DNA of 34,263 nt, from positions 1-34,263 of the IMG/VR virus record IMGVR_UViG_3300032303_000918, one strand, 5' to 3'. Made by a program: the position numbers and the translations under genes. This DNA comes from a virus (taxonomy: Duplodnaviria > Caudoviricetes). The notes under the pieces are model-generated. The model saw only the letters and a list, made by a program, of their open reading frames with translations, did not search any database and had not been told where the DNA came from. Position 1 is the stretch's first letter. Each line of letters begins with the position of its first letter. Of the stretch, positions 19,144 through 26,728 are shown piece after piece.

Positions 19144-19195
19144 TGGTTTGCTTTAGCCGTTGTCAAAATATCGGAAAGACCCTCGCTTGGTTTGG

Positions 19196-19384
19196 CTATT
19201 TGCCCATGAAGTCCCAATTGGGTTCAGCATTCCCAAGCATTGCCTCTAAAGCAGAGATATAGCCAAGCGTAAAACCAAGTTTTTCACTCTCCCAGCAAGC
19301 CCCCATTTGGTTTGCATTTTCCGTAAGCCTTTCAATCGTTGCCTTTCGTTCAGCAATCTTCTTTTTTATTTGTTGTTTTGTCAT
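19196..19384 (-). CDS. Hypothetical protein, paralogue of 21088-21327
   Basis: Shares MTK..IKK.IA and C..SE.LGFTLG with 21088-21327; AACCAAGAGAG upstream. Confidence 0.7.
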   Translation of the reverse strand: MTKQQIKKKIAERKATIERLTENANQMGACWESEKLGFTLGYISALEAMLGNAEPNWDFMGK

Positions 19385-19402
19385 TGTGCTTTCCTCTCTT
19401 GG

Positions 19403-19921
19403 TTAGTTGCCCAGATGTTTTTCTAGCAACCTATCCAAATAGGTTTTCCGCTTTTGCTTGATGCATCTCTTGTATGTCTCTGGGTGTGCCTCTTGCAGAT
19501 AATCTAGTTCGTTTTTGGTTGTCTCTAGTTCGCCCTTGGGGGTATTCAATTCGTATTGTGCATGGTGGGTTAGCTCATGAACTAGGGCGCACATCATCTG
19601 CACTTCGTTGCCTACCTTCATTCCTCTTGTTGCCTTTGGCGCAATGTTGAGGCTTTTCTTGTCGTACAGATAGAGCCTAGCCCTAGTGCTAATGCATGTG
19701 TTAGGGGCTAGGTACTTCCCGCACTCAACTTCATTTCTGAAGTACCTAGACCGCTTGTAAGTACCAGAGAAAATAAACTCTGTTGTGCTGAAGTCTACCG
19801 AAGCATACCTTTTTTGCATCCAGCTAATTGCCTCCTCAATCATTGCTGGGATTTTCTCAACAAGCCCTCTGGGTACTGAATTGCGAATTGTTACTACTCG
19901 TTTTGTTTCTGTGTTTGTCAT
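19403..19921 (-). CDS. Putative zinc metallopeptidase (HExxH)
   Basis: ALVHELTHHAQY plus a downstream Glu (GELE); AACCAAGAAAG upstream. Confidence 0.6.
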   Translation of the reverse strand: MTNTETKRVVTIRNSVPRGLVEKIPAMIEEAISWMQKRYASVDFSTTEFIFSGTYKRSRYFRNEVECGKYLAPNTCISTRARLYLYDKKSLNIAPKATRGMKVGNEVQMMCALVHELTHHAQYELNTPKGELETTKNELDYLQEAHPETYKRCIKQKRKTYLDRLLEKHLGN

Positions 19922-19946
19922 GTTGGTTGGTCTTTCTTGGTTGGTG

Positions 19947-20270
19947 TTAGCTGTTGTTGGCTATGTGGGCAAATATTGCCTTCACTCCATCTTCAGTCAT
20001 AAAAATCAATCTGCTTTCGTCTTGCAATGGGTCATAGATAAGCCCCTTCTTGCAGAGGCTACCAATCACTCCAGAGGCTTGATGCTTTCCACCACAGATT
20101 TTATGAGCATCTACCAAGTCACATTGGCTGTGGTTATCGGACAACTGGTTTTCAATATTGTCGTAATTCAAGCATGCGCTCAAAACATTGGCCTCTAAAG
20201 AGGTTAGTGAAACATTGGAATCTTGAGCCGTTCCAATTTCGGCTTTGGTCTGTGCTGGGTTCGTTGTCAT
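19947..20270 (-). CDS. Putative winged-helix protein (island)
   Basis: LTSLEANVL...ASGVIGSLCKKGLI...MTEDG is a wHTH-like pattern. Leaderless start MTTNP 6 nt after the -10. Confidence 0.55.
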   Translation of the reverse strand: MTTNPAQTKAEIGTAQDSNVSLTSLEANVLSACLNYDNIENQLSDNHSQCDLVDAHKICGGKHQASGVIGSLCKKGLIYDPLQDESRLIFMTEDGVKAIFAHIANNS

Positions 20271-20305
20271 GTTTAGAAGATAACCCAACTGCTGGGTTTT
20301 GTCAA
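20271..20305 (-). promoter_or_regulatory. Island promoter P3 (sigma70-type, leaderless) with operator-like palindrome
   Basis: TTGACA-17nt-TATCTT-6nt-ATG, with AACCCAGCAGTTGGGTT at 20282-20298 and an upstream A tract. Confidence 0.85.
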
Positions 20306-20362
20306 TAGGGCAAAGCAACTTTTTTTTAGGGTTATTCACAGGGGGTTTCTTTAGGGTTGCGG

Positions 20363-21049
20363 TTAGCTGTAAATTCCCTCAAGCCTTTTGGCGTAGTCCT
20401 CAAAGGCAATATTGTATTTCTTGCTTCCCATTCTTCCGTGATTCTTGGCTAATATTTCGCAGACAATCTGGCTGGCTCTTTCTGATATTGTTTGACCAGA
20501 AATAAGAGAGGCAACAATGTTTTCCGTGAAAGTATTGCCATAAGCTGTAATCTGCCCAAGAGAATCTTGCTTGTAAAAAAACCGCTGGTTGCCTTGGGTA
20601 ACAACGCCAAAATAGCCTGTACAATCTGGTTGGCTTGTCTGCCAAGTTTTACGGCATCCAACAAGTGCCTCAACCACCCAGAACCATTTATTTATTCTAT
20701 CATTCTGAACAACAACCAACGCCTTTGTGGCTTCTTGTTCTTTAAGAATTTTCTCCTCACGGACGGCATTGTTTTTTTCTATTTGTTCAGAGGTTAGCCC
20801 ACTCTTAACGGCCTCCCTCATGCTTGAGTCACCAATCTTTTCTGCACAATCTTGACCAACAAAATGCTTCTCACCATTCGGGGTCATAATTACAACATGA
20901 TGCAGAATGCCCATACCGCAGTTGGCGCAAGTGCCAGTTCCTTTAACTGCGCCTTTCCATGCATTGTTGTATGCGTCTGGGTTGGCCTCTGCCAAAGAAG
21001 CTGGTGGCATGGAGAAGTAACCGATGATGCGAGCGTTGCTTAATTTCAT
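20363..21049 (-). CDS. Hypothetical Zn-binding protein (island)
   Basis: GTCANCG..I.H...HFVGQDCA motif; leaderless start. Confidence 0.65.
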   Translation of the reverse strand: MKLSNARIIGYFSMPPASLAEANPDAYNNAWKGAVKGTGTCANCGMGILHHVVIMTPNGEKHFVGQDCAEKIGDSSMREAVKSGLTSEQIEKNNAVREEKILKEQEATKALVVVQNDRINKWFWVVEALVGCRKTWQTSQPDCTGYFGVVTQGNQRFFYKQDSLGQITAYGNTFTENIVASLISGQTISERASQIVCEILAKNHGRMGSKKYNIAFEDYAKRLEGIYS

Positions 21050-21084
21050 ATTGGCAATTTAACCCCACAGCGGGGTTATGTCAA
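21050..21084 (-). promoter_or_regulatory. Island promoter P2 (sigma70-type, leaderless) with operator-like palindrome
   Basis: TTGACA-17nt-TAAATT-6nt-ATG, with AACCCCGCTGTGGGGTT at 21061-21077. Confidence 0.85.
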
Positions 21085-21087
21085 CGG

Positions 21088-21327
21088 CTATTTCAATCTT
21101 TTTTTAGGGCTGTTAACAAGCCTTCTTTGTAGCTGTTCAGCCTCACCCAAGACCGCATTGAGGGAAGTTCCATCAAGAACCCTGTTGAATGCGTGTAATA
21201 ACCCAAGAGTAAAGCCCAGCGTTTCACTTGTATGGCATCTCTTGCTTTTCTCTGCCTCGCTTTTGTGAAGAGGGAGGTAATACTTTTCTGTATATGCGAT
21301 GGCTTTTTTAATTTCTGTTTTAGTCAT
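21088..21327 (-). CDS. Hypothetical protein, paralogue of 19196-19384
   Basis: Start reassigned to MTKTEIKK, 10 nt after AACCAAGAAAG. Confidence 0.7.
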   Translation of the reverse strand: MTKTEIKKAIAYTEKYYLPLHKSEAEKSKRCHTSETLGFTLGLLHAFNRVLDGTSLNAVLGEAEQLQRRLVNSPKKRLK

Positions 21328-21355
21328 TTGATTTGGTCTTTCTTGGTTTGTGTTT

Positions 21356-21739
21356 TCAATGCCCCTCAAAGATTGCGTTAAACTCCTTGCATGGTTTGCC
21401 GTCATCCAGCTTGTCTACTGCTTCAAGCGTAGCCAATGCCCACTTGAACCTTCTGTAATCATCTGTTTTTATGTCTTTTTTTAGTGCCTTGATAATCTTG
21501 GCAAGCGGTACTAGGGATGGTTCAGCCCCATACATGTCTTCAGTAATTGTCTCGTTGCCATCATACCAGTACACCTTATGGCATGCATCTTTCTTGAAAG
21601 ACTCTTCAGCAAGCTTGGCAATATTGGACTTTCCGCAATCGGAAAGGTCAATAGTTATGTCATTAAAGAAGCTTGTTTTGCGTTTGATTGTACTGGCGTT
21701 GCCAATTCTTCCCACTCGTAGTTTTAGTTCGTATCCCAT
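21356..21739 (-). CDS. Hypothetical protein (island)
   Basis: 127-aa ORF preceded by AACCAAGAAAGGA. Confidence 0.7.
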   Translation of the reverse strand: MGYELKLRVGRIGNASTIKRKTSFFNDITIDLSDCGKSNIAKLAEESFKKDACHKVYWYDGNETITEDMYGAEPSLVPLAKIIKALKKDIKTDDYRRFKWALATLEAVDKLDDGKPCKEFNAIFEGH

Positions 21740-21765
21740 ATTATGTTTCCTTTCTTGGTTGTTGG

Positions 21766-22089
21766 TTATTTTCCGTTTGCAATATCGTCTAGGTATTTCT
21801 GGTCTGCGTCTTTTCTGCTTGGCCTATTGCGCTCAACTTCTTCAGCAAGTTCCAGCTTTTGCGCTTCCGTTAATTCTTTTGATGCGGTCTTGGAGCTTGT
21901 AACTACCTTTGCCTTGATTTTGCCAAAGTGTACTGGCGCATCCCCGCCAACATAATCAGTAATGTAGGCATGGCCTTCCTTTATGTCTTTGGCAATGCTC
22001 TTGGCTTCCTTAAGGCTCTTGGCTTTTACCCTTAAGCAATAATGCACACTTTCCTCTACCCTAATTTCAAATGTCTCTTGGTTTTCCAT
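21766..22089 (-). CDS. Hypothetical protein, DpnD/PcfM-like N-terminus
   Basis: FEIRVEE.V.Y...VKAKS.KEA...A pattern; AACCAAGAAAG upstream. Confidence 0.55.
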   Translation of the reverse strand: MENQETFEIRVEESVHYCLRVKAKSLKEAKSIAKDIKEGHAYITDYVGGDAPVHFGKIKAKVVTSSKTASKELTEAQKLELAEEVERNRPSRKDADQKYLDDIANGK

Positions 22090-22113
22090 GGTCTTTGGTT
22101 CTTTCTTGGTTGG

Positions 22114-22476
22114 TTATTTTGCCAGCTTCTTTGAAGCTCTTTTTTTGGCATCTGCTAAATACTTTTCAATCTTTTCATTCCGTTCCTGTTCCGTCTCACA
22201 CCAATTTTCCTGTTGGGACGCTCCAAACTTTTTGCCGTTCCTAGTTGCTTGCGCCCTGTATGCAATATGTGTCCCAATATGCTTGGGGTCACAGATACAG
22301 CCCCAAGAATTTTCTGGGTCATCAATCTGGGTGCGGGTCACAATAAAGGTTGTGATAATTGCACCAATCTCTCTGCCCCTCTCATCTTGGATGCCAAAGT
22401 TGTGAGTGGTCTTCACAATGTTGGTATCTGTTTCTTCATATTTTACCCAGCCGTCTTTTCTTGTGTTGTTTGTCAT
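22114..22476 (-). CDS. Hypothetical protein (first gene of island)
   Basis: Leaderless start MTNNTR 6 nt after the -10 of P1. Confidence 0.7.
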   Translation of the reverse strand: MTNNTRKDGWVKYEETDTNIVKTTHNFGIQDERGREIGAIITTFIVTRTQIDDPENSWGCICDPKHIGTHIAYRAQATRNGKKFGASQQENWCETEQERNEKIEKYLADAKKRASKKLAK

Positions 22477-22511
22477 GGGTGTAAAGTAACCCAACTATCG
22501 GGTTATGTCAA
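22477..22511 (-). promoter_or_regulatory. Island promoter P1 (sigma70-type, leaderless) with operator-like palindrome
   Basis: TTGACA-17nt-TACTTT-6nt-ATG, with AACCCGATAGTTGGGTT at 22488-22504 and two upstream A7 tracts. Confidence 0.85.
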
Positions 22512-22551
22512 TAGGCAAAATGCACTTTTTTTAACTTTTTTTGACCTCCTG

Positions 22552-22564
22552 TAAGTTCTTGATA
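22552..22564 (-). promoter_or_regulatory. IHF-consensus site upstream of P1
   Basis: TATCAAGAACTTA matches WATCAA-N4-TTR. Confidence 0.45.
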
Positions 22565-22606
22565 TTAGGCTATTTGCCTAGTGTGCTTGGGTCTTTATAG
22601 CCATTT

Positions 22607-22894
22607 TTATCTGCTCAACATGAAATTATTTTTGTATGCCCACGCTGGATTTTGATGAATTTTTGCATGGCATTCCCAGCATGTTCCCAAGAAATATTCC
22701 GCTTCTACAAGCCTCTCTCCAAATCTTCCCCGCTTATGGTGTATCTGGTCTGCATGTTTTATTTTGCAGACTCCGCACAACGGATTTTCTTTTAGAAATT
22801 CTTCCCTTGTCTTTTTGTATTGTCTTAATTGCCCTGCTCTTTTTTTGCTAACCCTCCTAATTGGTTTCGTATTCCTTAATCTGGTATTCAACAT
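22607..22894 (-). CDS. HNH endonuclease
   Basis: CGVC...QIHH..GR...TCWECHAKIH, adjacent to terminase. Start placed at MLNTR. Confidence 0.8.
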   Translation of the reverse strand: MLNTRLRNTKPIRRVSKKRAGQLRQYKKTREEFLKENPLCGVCKIKHADQIHHKRGRFGERLVEAEYFLGTCWECHAKIHQNPAWAYKNNFMLSR

Positions 22895-24641
22895 CTGGTT
22901 CTTTTTTATTGTCGCTGGTGTCAGAAACAACAACCTCTGCCTTGATGAGTTTGCCAAATGCGGAAAAGGCAATAAGCATGGTTTCACAATCCAACAAATG
23001 GTCTGGCCTCCTCGCCACTCTTATCCATTCATAAGAGTCCTTCCCTGTTCTCTTGTTAATCCTGTGCATTTTTTTATGGGACATTAAATGCTCTTTGTAG
23101 TCATGGCTGGTATCGCTAGGTATTTCCCAACCCTGTCCAGAACCCCTGCGAAACCATGCCAGTAGGTCTTGGCAACTAGGCGAGCTAAACAAAATCATCT
23201 TTGCCCCTGCGTCCGTAAGCTGAAAGGAGGAGTGAACGGCTTTTATTCTCCTTCCACCATCCTCAATCAGATAATACTCCCGCCCCTCACCCTTCATGGA
23301 AGTCCAGCCGTACTTGGCGCACACTCTCTGGGTGTCTTGCGTTTCGTATCCGCAATCCATCGCCACAAATCTAAAATCCACATTGAGGCTTTTTAGCTTC
23401 TCTGCCATGTCCTCAATAGTTCTTACCCTTCCTTCATCAATGAGTCTGCTTGCTCCCTCCGCTGAATATGCCCTTACCACATACCAGAGTTCATCAATCT
23501 GCCTATCAATGGCACAGACCCTAATTGCCTCCTTGTCCCAAGCCTGTTTCTTTAAGAAGTTGCCTTCATTTATTATGGTTGAGTCTTCCTCGCTAAATTG
23601 GTCTTCCCATGGAAGCGCAAGCCATCCGTTAACGAAGTTTTGCAACCCCTGTAAAAAGTGTTTCTCCGTAAGAAACTTTGTGGCGCAATCTGAAAATGTA
23701 ATGGATGGGGAGTAAATGGAATTAAGATGGAATGACCTTCTGGCGGGTTCTGCGTTTTCCGCATTGGTGGCAACCCATTCCCCAGCCCTCAACATCTTTG
23801 TCTTGTGTCCATCGTTTATTATCCCCTTGCATGAAATACATTGGTAGCGGGCTGAAGCTTTGACGGCTTTGTAGTCCCATTTGCCGTCTACCTTCTTTGC
23901 CTTTTCGTCCCATTTCACTTGGGTAAAAACTAGCTCTTGCTTGTGGTTGCAATGGGGGCAAGGCACAAAATACTTTTCCTGTGTCCCAGCAAGGTATTGT
24001 TGCCAGACATCTCCATTGAGAAGTGTTGGGGTACTGGTAAGGACATGCTTTCTTCTTGGGAAAGCCTTGGTTCTTTCTAGGGCTAGTGAAAATGCAGAAG
24101 CTTCCTTTGCTGTGGCTGGTGCAAACTTGTCTAGCTCATCACAAAGAACTACCTCTACTGGCCTAGAAGCAACGGACGCTGGTGAGTTACTGCCTATGAG
24201 ATTAAATACGCAGTTCTTAAAATGCATCTCAAGCAGTTTGAACTTGTCTGGGTTCTCTGGCATTTCCACAGCCATAGGCTTACAAGTGCGGAACATTGGC
24301 TGTAATCGGGTTTCACTAAAACTTCTTGCCAGACTTTCCGTTGGCATAACCCAAAGCGTAGGGGAAGGATGCTTTGTAATTCTCCAGCACAGCCATGCCA
24401 TTAGGGTTGTTGTCTTTGCCGTCTGTGAACCCCAAGCCAATACTATTGTCTGGGTTTTCCAATCCTCAAGGGCATCCAGAACCCCCTTAACATAGGGGGT
24501 GTAGTTTGTCCTGTATGCTCCCTTAAGTGGAGTAGACCCAGAAAGCTCTAGGTTCTTTTCGCACCATTCCCAAGCTCGCATCTTGTCTTCTTTTGCCCAT
24601 ATCCCTTTAGAGATAAGCTCAAGCTCATCCCTTTCACTCAT
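22857..24641 (-). CDS. Terminase large subunit, lambda GpA family
   Basis: TPY, GSQTAKTT (Walker A), VVLCDELDK (Walker B), STPT, VPCPHC, FHLNSIYSP, N.WLALPW and DH.LDCE motifs. Confidence 0.95.
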   Translation of the reverse strand: MSERDELELISKGIWAKEDKMRAWEWCEKNLELSGSTPLKGAYRTNYTPYVKGVLDALEDWKTQTIVLAWGSQTAKTTTLMAWLCWRITKHPSPTLWVMPTESLARSFSETRLQPMFRTCKPMAVEMPENPDKFKLLEMHFKNCVFNLIGSNSPASVASRPVEVVLCDELDKFAPATAKEASAFSLALERTKAFPRRKHVLTSTPTLLNGDVWQQYLAGTQEKYFVPCPHCNHKQELVFTQVKWDEKAKKVDGKWDYKAVKASARYQCISCKGIINDGHKTKMLRAGEWVATNAENAEPARRSFHLNSIYSPSITFSDCATKFLTEKHFLQGLQNFVNGWLALPWEDQFSEEDSTIINEGNFLKKQAWDKEAIRVCAIDRQIDELWYVVRAYSAEGASRLIDEGRVRTIEDMAEKLKSLNVDFRFVAMDCGYETQDTQRVCAKYGWTSMKGEGREYYLIEDGGRRIKAVHSSFQLTDAGAKMILFSSPSCQDLLAWFRRGSGQGWEIPSDTSHDYKEHLMSHKKMHRINKRTGKDSYEWIRVARRPDHLLDCETMLIAFSAFGKLIKAEVVVSDTSDNKKEPDVEYQIKEYETN

Positions 24642-25231
24642 ACAATTTCAGAAATGTAGTTAGTAATCCTTTTTGAAACACCCTCTTCCTGTGGGTATTT
24701 CTCCTTCAGCATGACAAGAAACTTAAACCAAATTGCTTTTTGCTCCTCATTTTCAAAGGTGATTGTGTAGCTACATTCGGGCAACTCAACTTGGGGTGCT
24801 TGATTCTCTCCCGCATTTTCTGGTGGCGCAGTTTCCATCATCGCTTGTATCTCTTCCATGGAGAATCCAGAAATTTCCATATCCATTTCACCGCTATCTA
24901 GCTCAATAATTATGTCCTTAAGCTTTGGCATATCAAACTCACCGCTTAATTTATTAAGGGCAATGTTCGCCACCTTCTCTTTTGCCTCTGGTAAGTCTAC
25001 CGCCCAAACTTCTACCTCGCTTTTGCCCATCGCCTTGTAACACCTCAACCGCTGATGCCCACCAATTACCCTTCCTGTTCTTGCGTTCCATGTAATAGGC
25101 GAGAGGTTGCCAAGCTCTGATATACTTTTTGCCAGCCTTCCAAGTGCTTCCCCTGTGATAACTCTGGGGTTGTAGTCTGCCTCTACCAGTTCGTTAATGT
25201 TTTTAGTTTGTAGCTGTGGGTATTGACTCAT
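24638..25231 (-). CDS. ParB/Srx-like N-terminal domain protein
   Basis: YNPR.I...LAKSI.E.G...PI.WN..TG.VIGGHQR...NIALNK.SGEFD. Confidence 0.85.
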   Translation of the reverse strand: MSQYPQLQTKNINELVEADYNPRVITGEALGRLAKSISELGNLSPITWNARTGRVIGGHQRLRCYKAMGKSEVEVWAVDLPEAKEKVANIALNKLSGEFDMPKLKDIIIELDSGEMDMEISGFSMEEIQAMMETAPPENAGENQAPQVELPECSYTITFENEEQKAIWFKFLVMLKEKYPQEEGVSKRITNYISEIV

Positions 25232-25817
25232 TTTCTTGTCCTCTCATTGCGGTAATTATCTGCTCAACTCCGTCTTCTAGTGCAGACTCCGCTAAAGCTG
25301 GGTCTGTTGGGTTGCATCTGGAAGCCATTGCCCTTGGTAATCCCTGCAAAAGTCTTTTGAGTGTTGTGAACTTTTCGTTTATGTACTCAACGCACTCTGC
25401 CCTTCTCCACAGAGTTCCGTTTTGTAACTGCCAATTCGCAACCGCTGTCTCTGCTTCCATCCTTGCTTGCATGAGATTGCGCCAGTTTGAGGTAGCGTCT
25501 TTAGCGTCCCTAACATTCTGCGCCCTAACCGCCCTAACAATTATGGAGTAAGCAACCAGTTCTGCTTTCTTTGCCCTCGCCAAGACACCCCATGGCGTAT
25601 CTTTTTGTACATCTTCATCCGTGATGGGTGTGGTTTGTGTTTCGTTGCTTGTCTGAAAACTGCCCGAAGACCCACCGCCCCTACTGCTACTAATGTTTTT
25701 CTGATACCAACTAACCGCACTCTCCACAGAATCCAACGGCATACCAAGCTTGCATAGCTGGGACACCCTGCCTTTGGAGAGGTTTAGCTTGGTTACTAGC
25801 TCTGCTTGTGTTGTCAC
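25203..25817 (-). CDS. Terminase small subunit (Nu1-like)
   Basis: N-terminal HTH TQAEL...LNLSKGRVSQL...GMP and C-terminal L..LP..MA; upstream of GpA. Confidence 0.75.
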   Translation of the reverse strand: MTTQAELVTKLNLSKGRVSQLCKLGMPLDSVESAVSWYQKNISSSRGGGSSGSFQTSNETQTTPITDEDVQKDTPWGVLARAKKAELVAYSIIVRAVRAQNVRDAKDATSNWRNLMQARMEAETAVANWQLQNGTLWRRAECVEYINEKFTTLKRLLQGLPRAMASRCNPTDPALAESALEDGVEQIITAMRGQENESIPTATN

Positions 25818-25862
25818 AGGGGGTTTACACTAGGGCTATTGGGTAAACATGCACAAAAATGA

Positions 25863-25907
25863 CGAGGGACGCTCCCACCGCACCTTTTGACACCAATAAA
25901 AGATTCC
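25863..25907 (-). other. Putative cos site (cosQ/cosN-like)
   Basis: Minus strand GGAATCTTT...AGGTGCGGTGGGAGCGTCCCTCG resembles lambda GGGTCCTTT...AGGTTACGGGGCGGCGACCTCG and lies just upstream of the small terminase gene. Confidence 0.5.
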
Positions 25908-26206
25908 TTAAATTTCCAGCCAAAGTTCCAAATTCCAGCCCAGAGGCATTTCCAGCCCAGCCAAGCCACCCTGTCTGGGTTTTTGATGGTAGCTAGGGAG
26001 GGTCTAGTAGATTCCATTCTCTCGCCTCTCTTGCTCCACATTGTCTGCAAATAAAAGAAATGAAACATCATGCTTAACATCATGCTCATGGTCACATGTA
26101 CCCTGCTGGGTGGTGGTGGGTGGTGTGGTGGTGGTGGGCATGGCCTTCCTTCTCTCTCTCTCTGCCCTTTCAGCGTACCTATATATTTGATTCTCTTGGG
26201 CAAGGC

Positions 26207-26728
26207 TCATACATACAACTCCCGCTTCATCCAGTTAAAGATGCCCAGACATATCTTTGCATACTGCTCTTTGTCTGCCTTGTCATAGCCCTCAATAACC
26301 CCACCAAACCTTAATGCCCAATCGCTAACTCTTTTAGTTGGTGTTGGCTTTTCCTTTGGTGTTGTCTCCTCGCTATCTGTTGCTCTGCTTGTAGGGATAA
26401 GCTCTAGCTGTAACAACCCTGTCCTAATGTGTCTTGGGTTGCTGTCATAGGTAAGCTCTAGCTGTTCTAACTTAATATATTTGTCAGACCATTTCACAGC
26501 CAACTCATGGCCTAAATGCTGGTCTTTCCAGATATTCCAGTTGGAAGCTCCAACCCTGTTTCTGAAGTCCTTTAGCAAACTACCGCATAATGTGGCTTTG
26601 TGAAGTGCTTCAAATGTTACTGAAGTTGACTTTCCCGCCAACTCTTGAGCCTCGTTATGTAGGTTGATTGCATTTTTAATTTCTGCTTGGCTAATAGCCT
26701 GTACCGCAGTTCTTGGCTTTCTTTGCAT
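26207..26728 (-). CDS. DUF3102-like protein
   Basis: A..CG.LL...R..VG..NW..W...HL.......KYIKL pattern. Confidence 0.5.
   Translation of the reverse strand: MQRKPRTAVQAISQAEIKNAINLHNEAQELAGKSTSVTFEALHKATLCGSLLKDFRNRVGASNWNIWKDQHLGHELAVKWSDKYIKLEQLELTYDSNPRHIRTGLLQLELIPTSRATDSEETTPKEKPTPTKRVSDWALRFGGVIEGYDKADKEQYAKICLGIFNWMKRELYV

Noticed and set aside
19182-22111. AACCAAGAAAG or AACCC-N7-GGGTT repeats as a CRISPR array
   Set aside because: The repeats are short, separated by whole genes rather than 30-40 nt spacers, and there are no cas genes.
25833-25848. ACCCAATAG half-match to the island operator near the small terminase start
   Set aside because: Only one half-site is present, with no matching GGGTT arm.
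25814-26203. 129-aa ORF with poly-Pro across the cos region
   Set aside because: Its composition reflects low-complexity DNA and it spans the probable cos site, so it is likely spurious.
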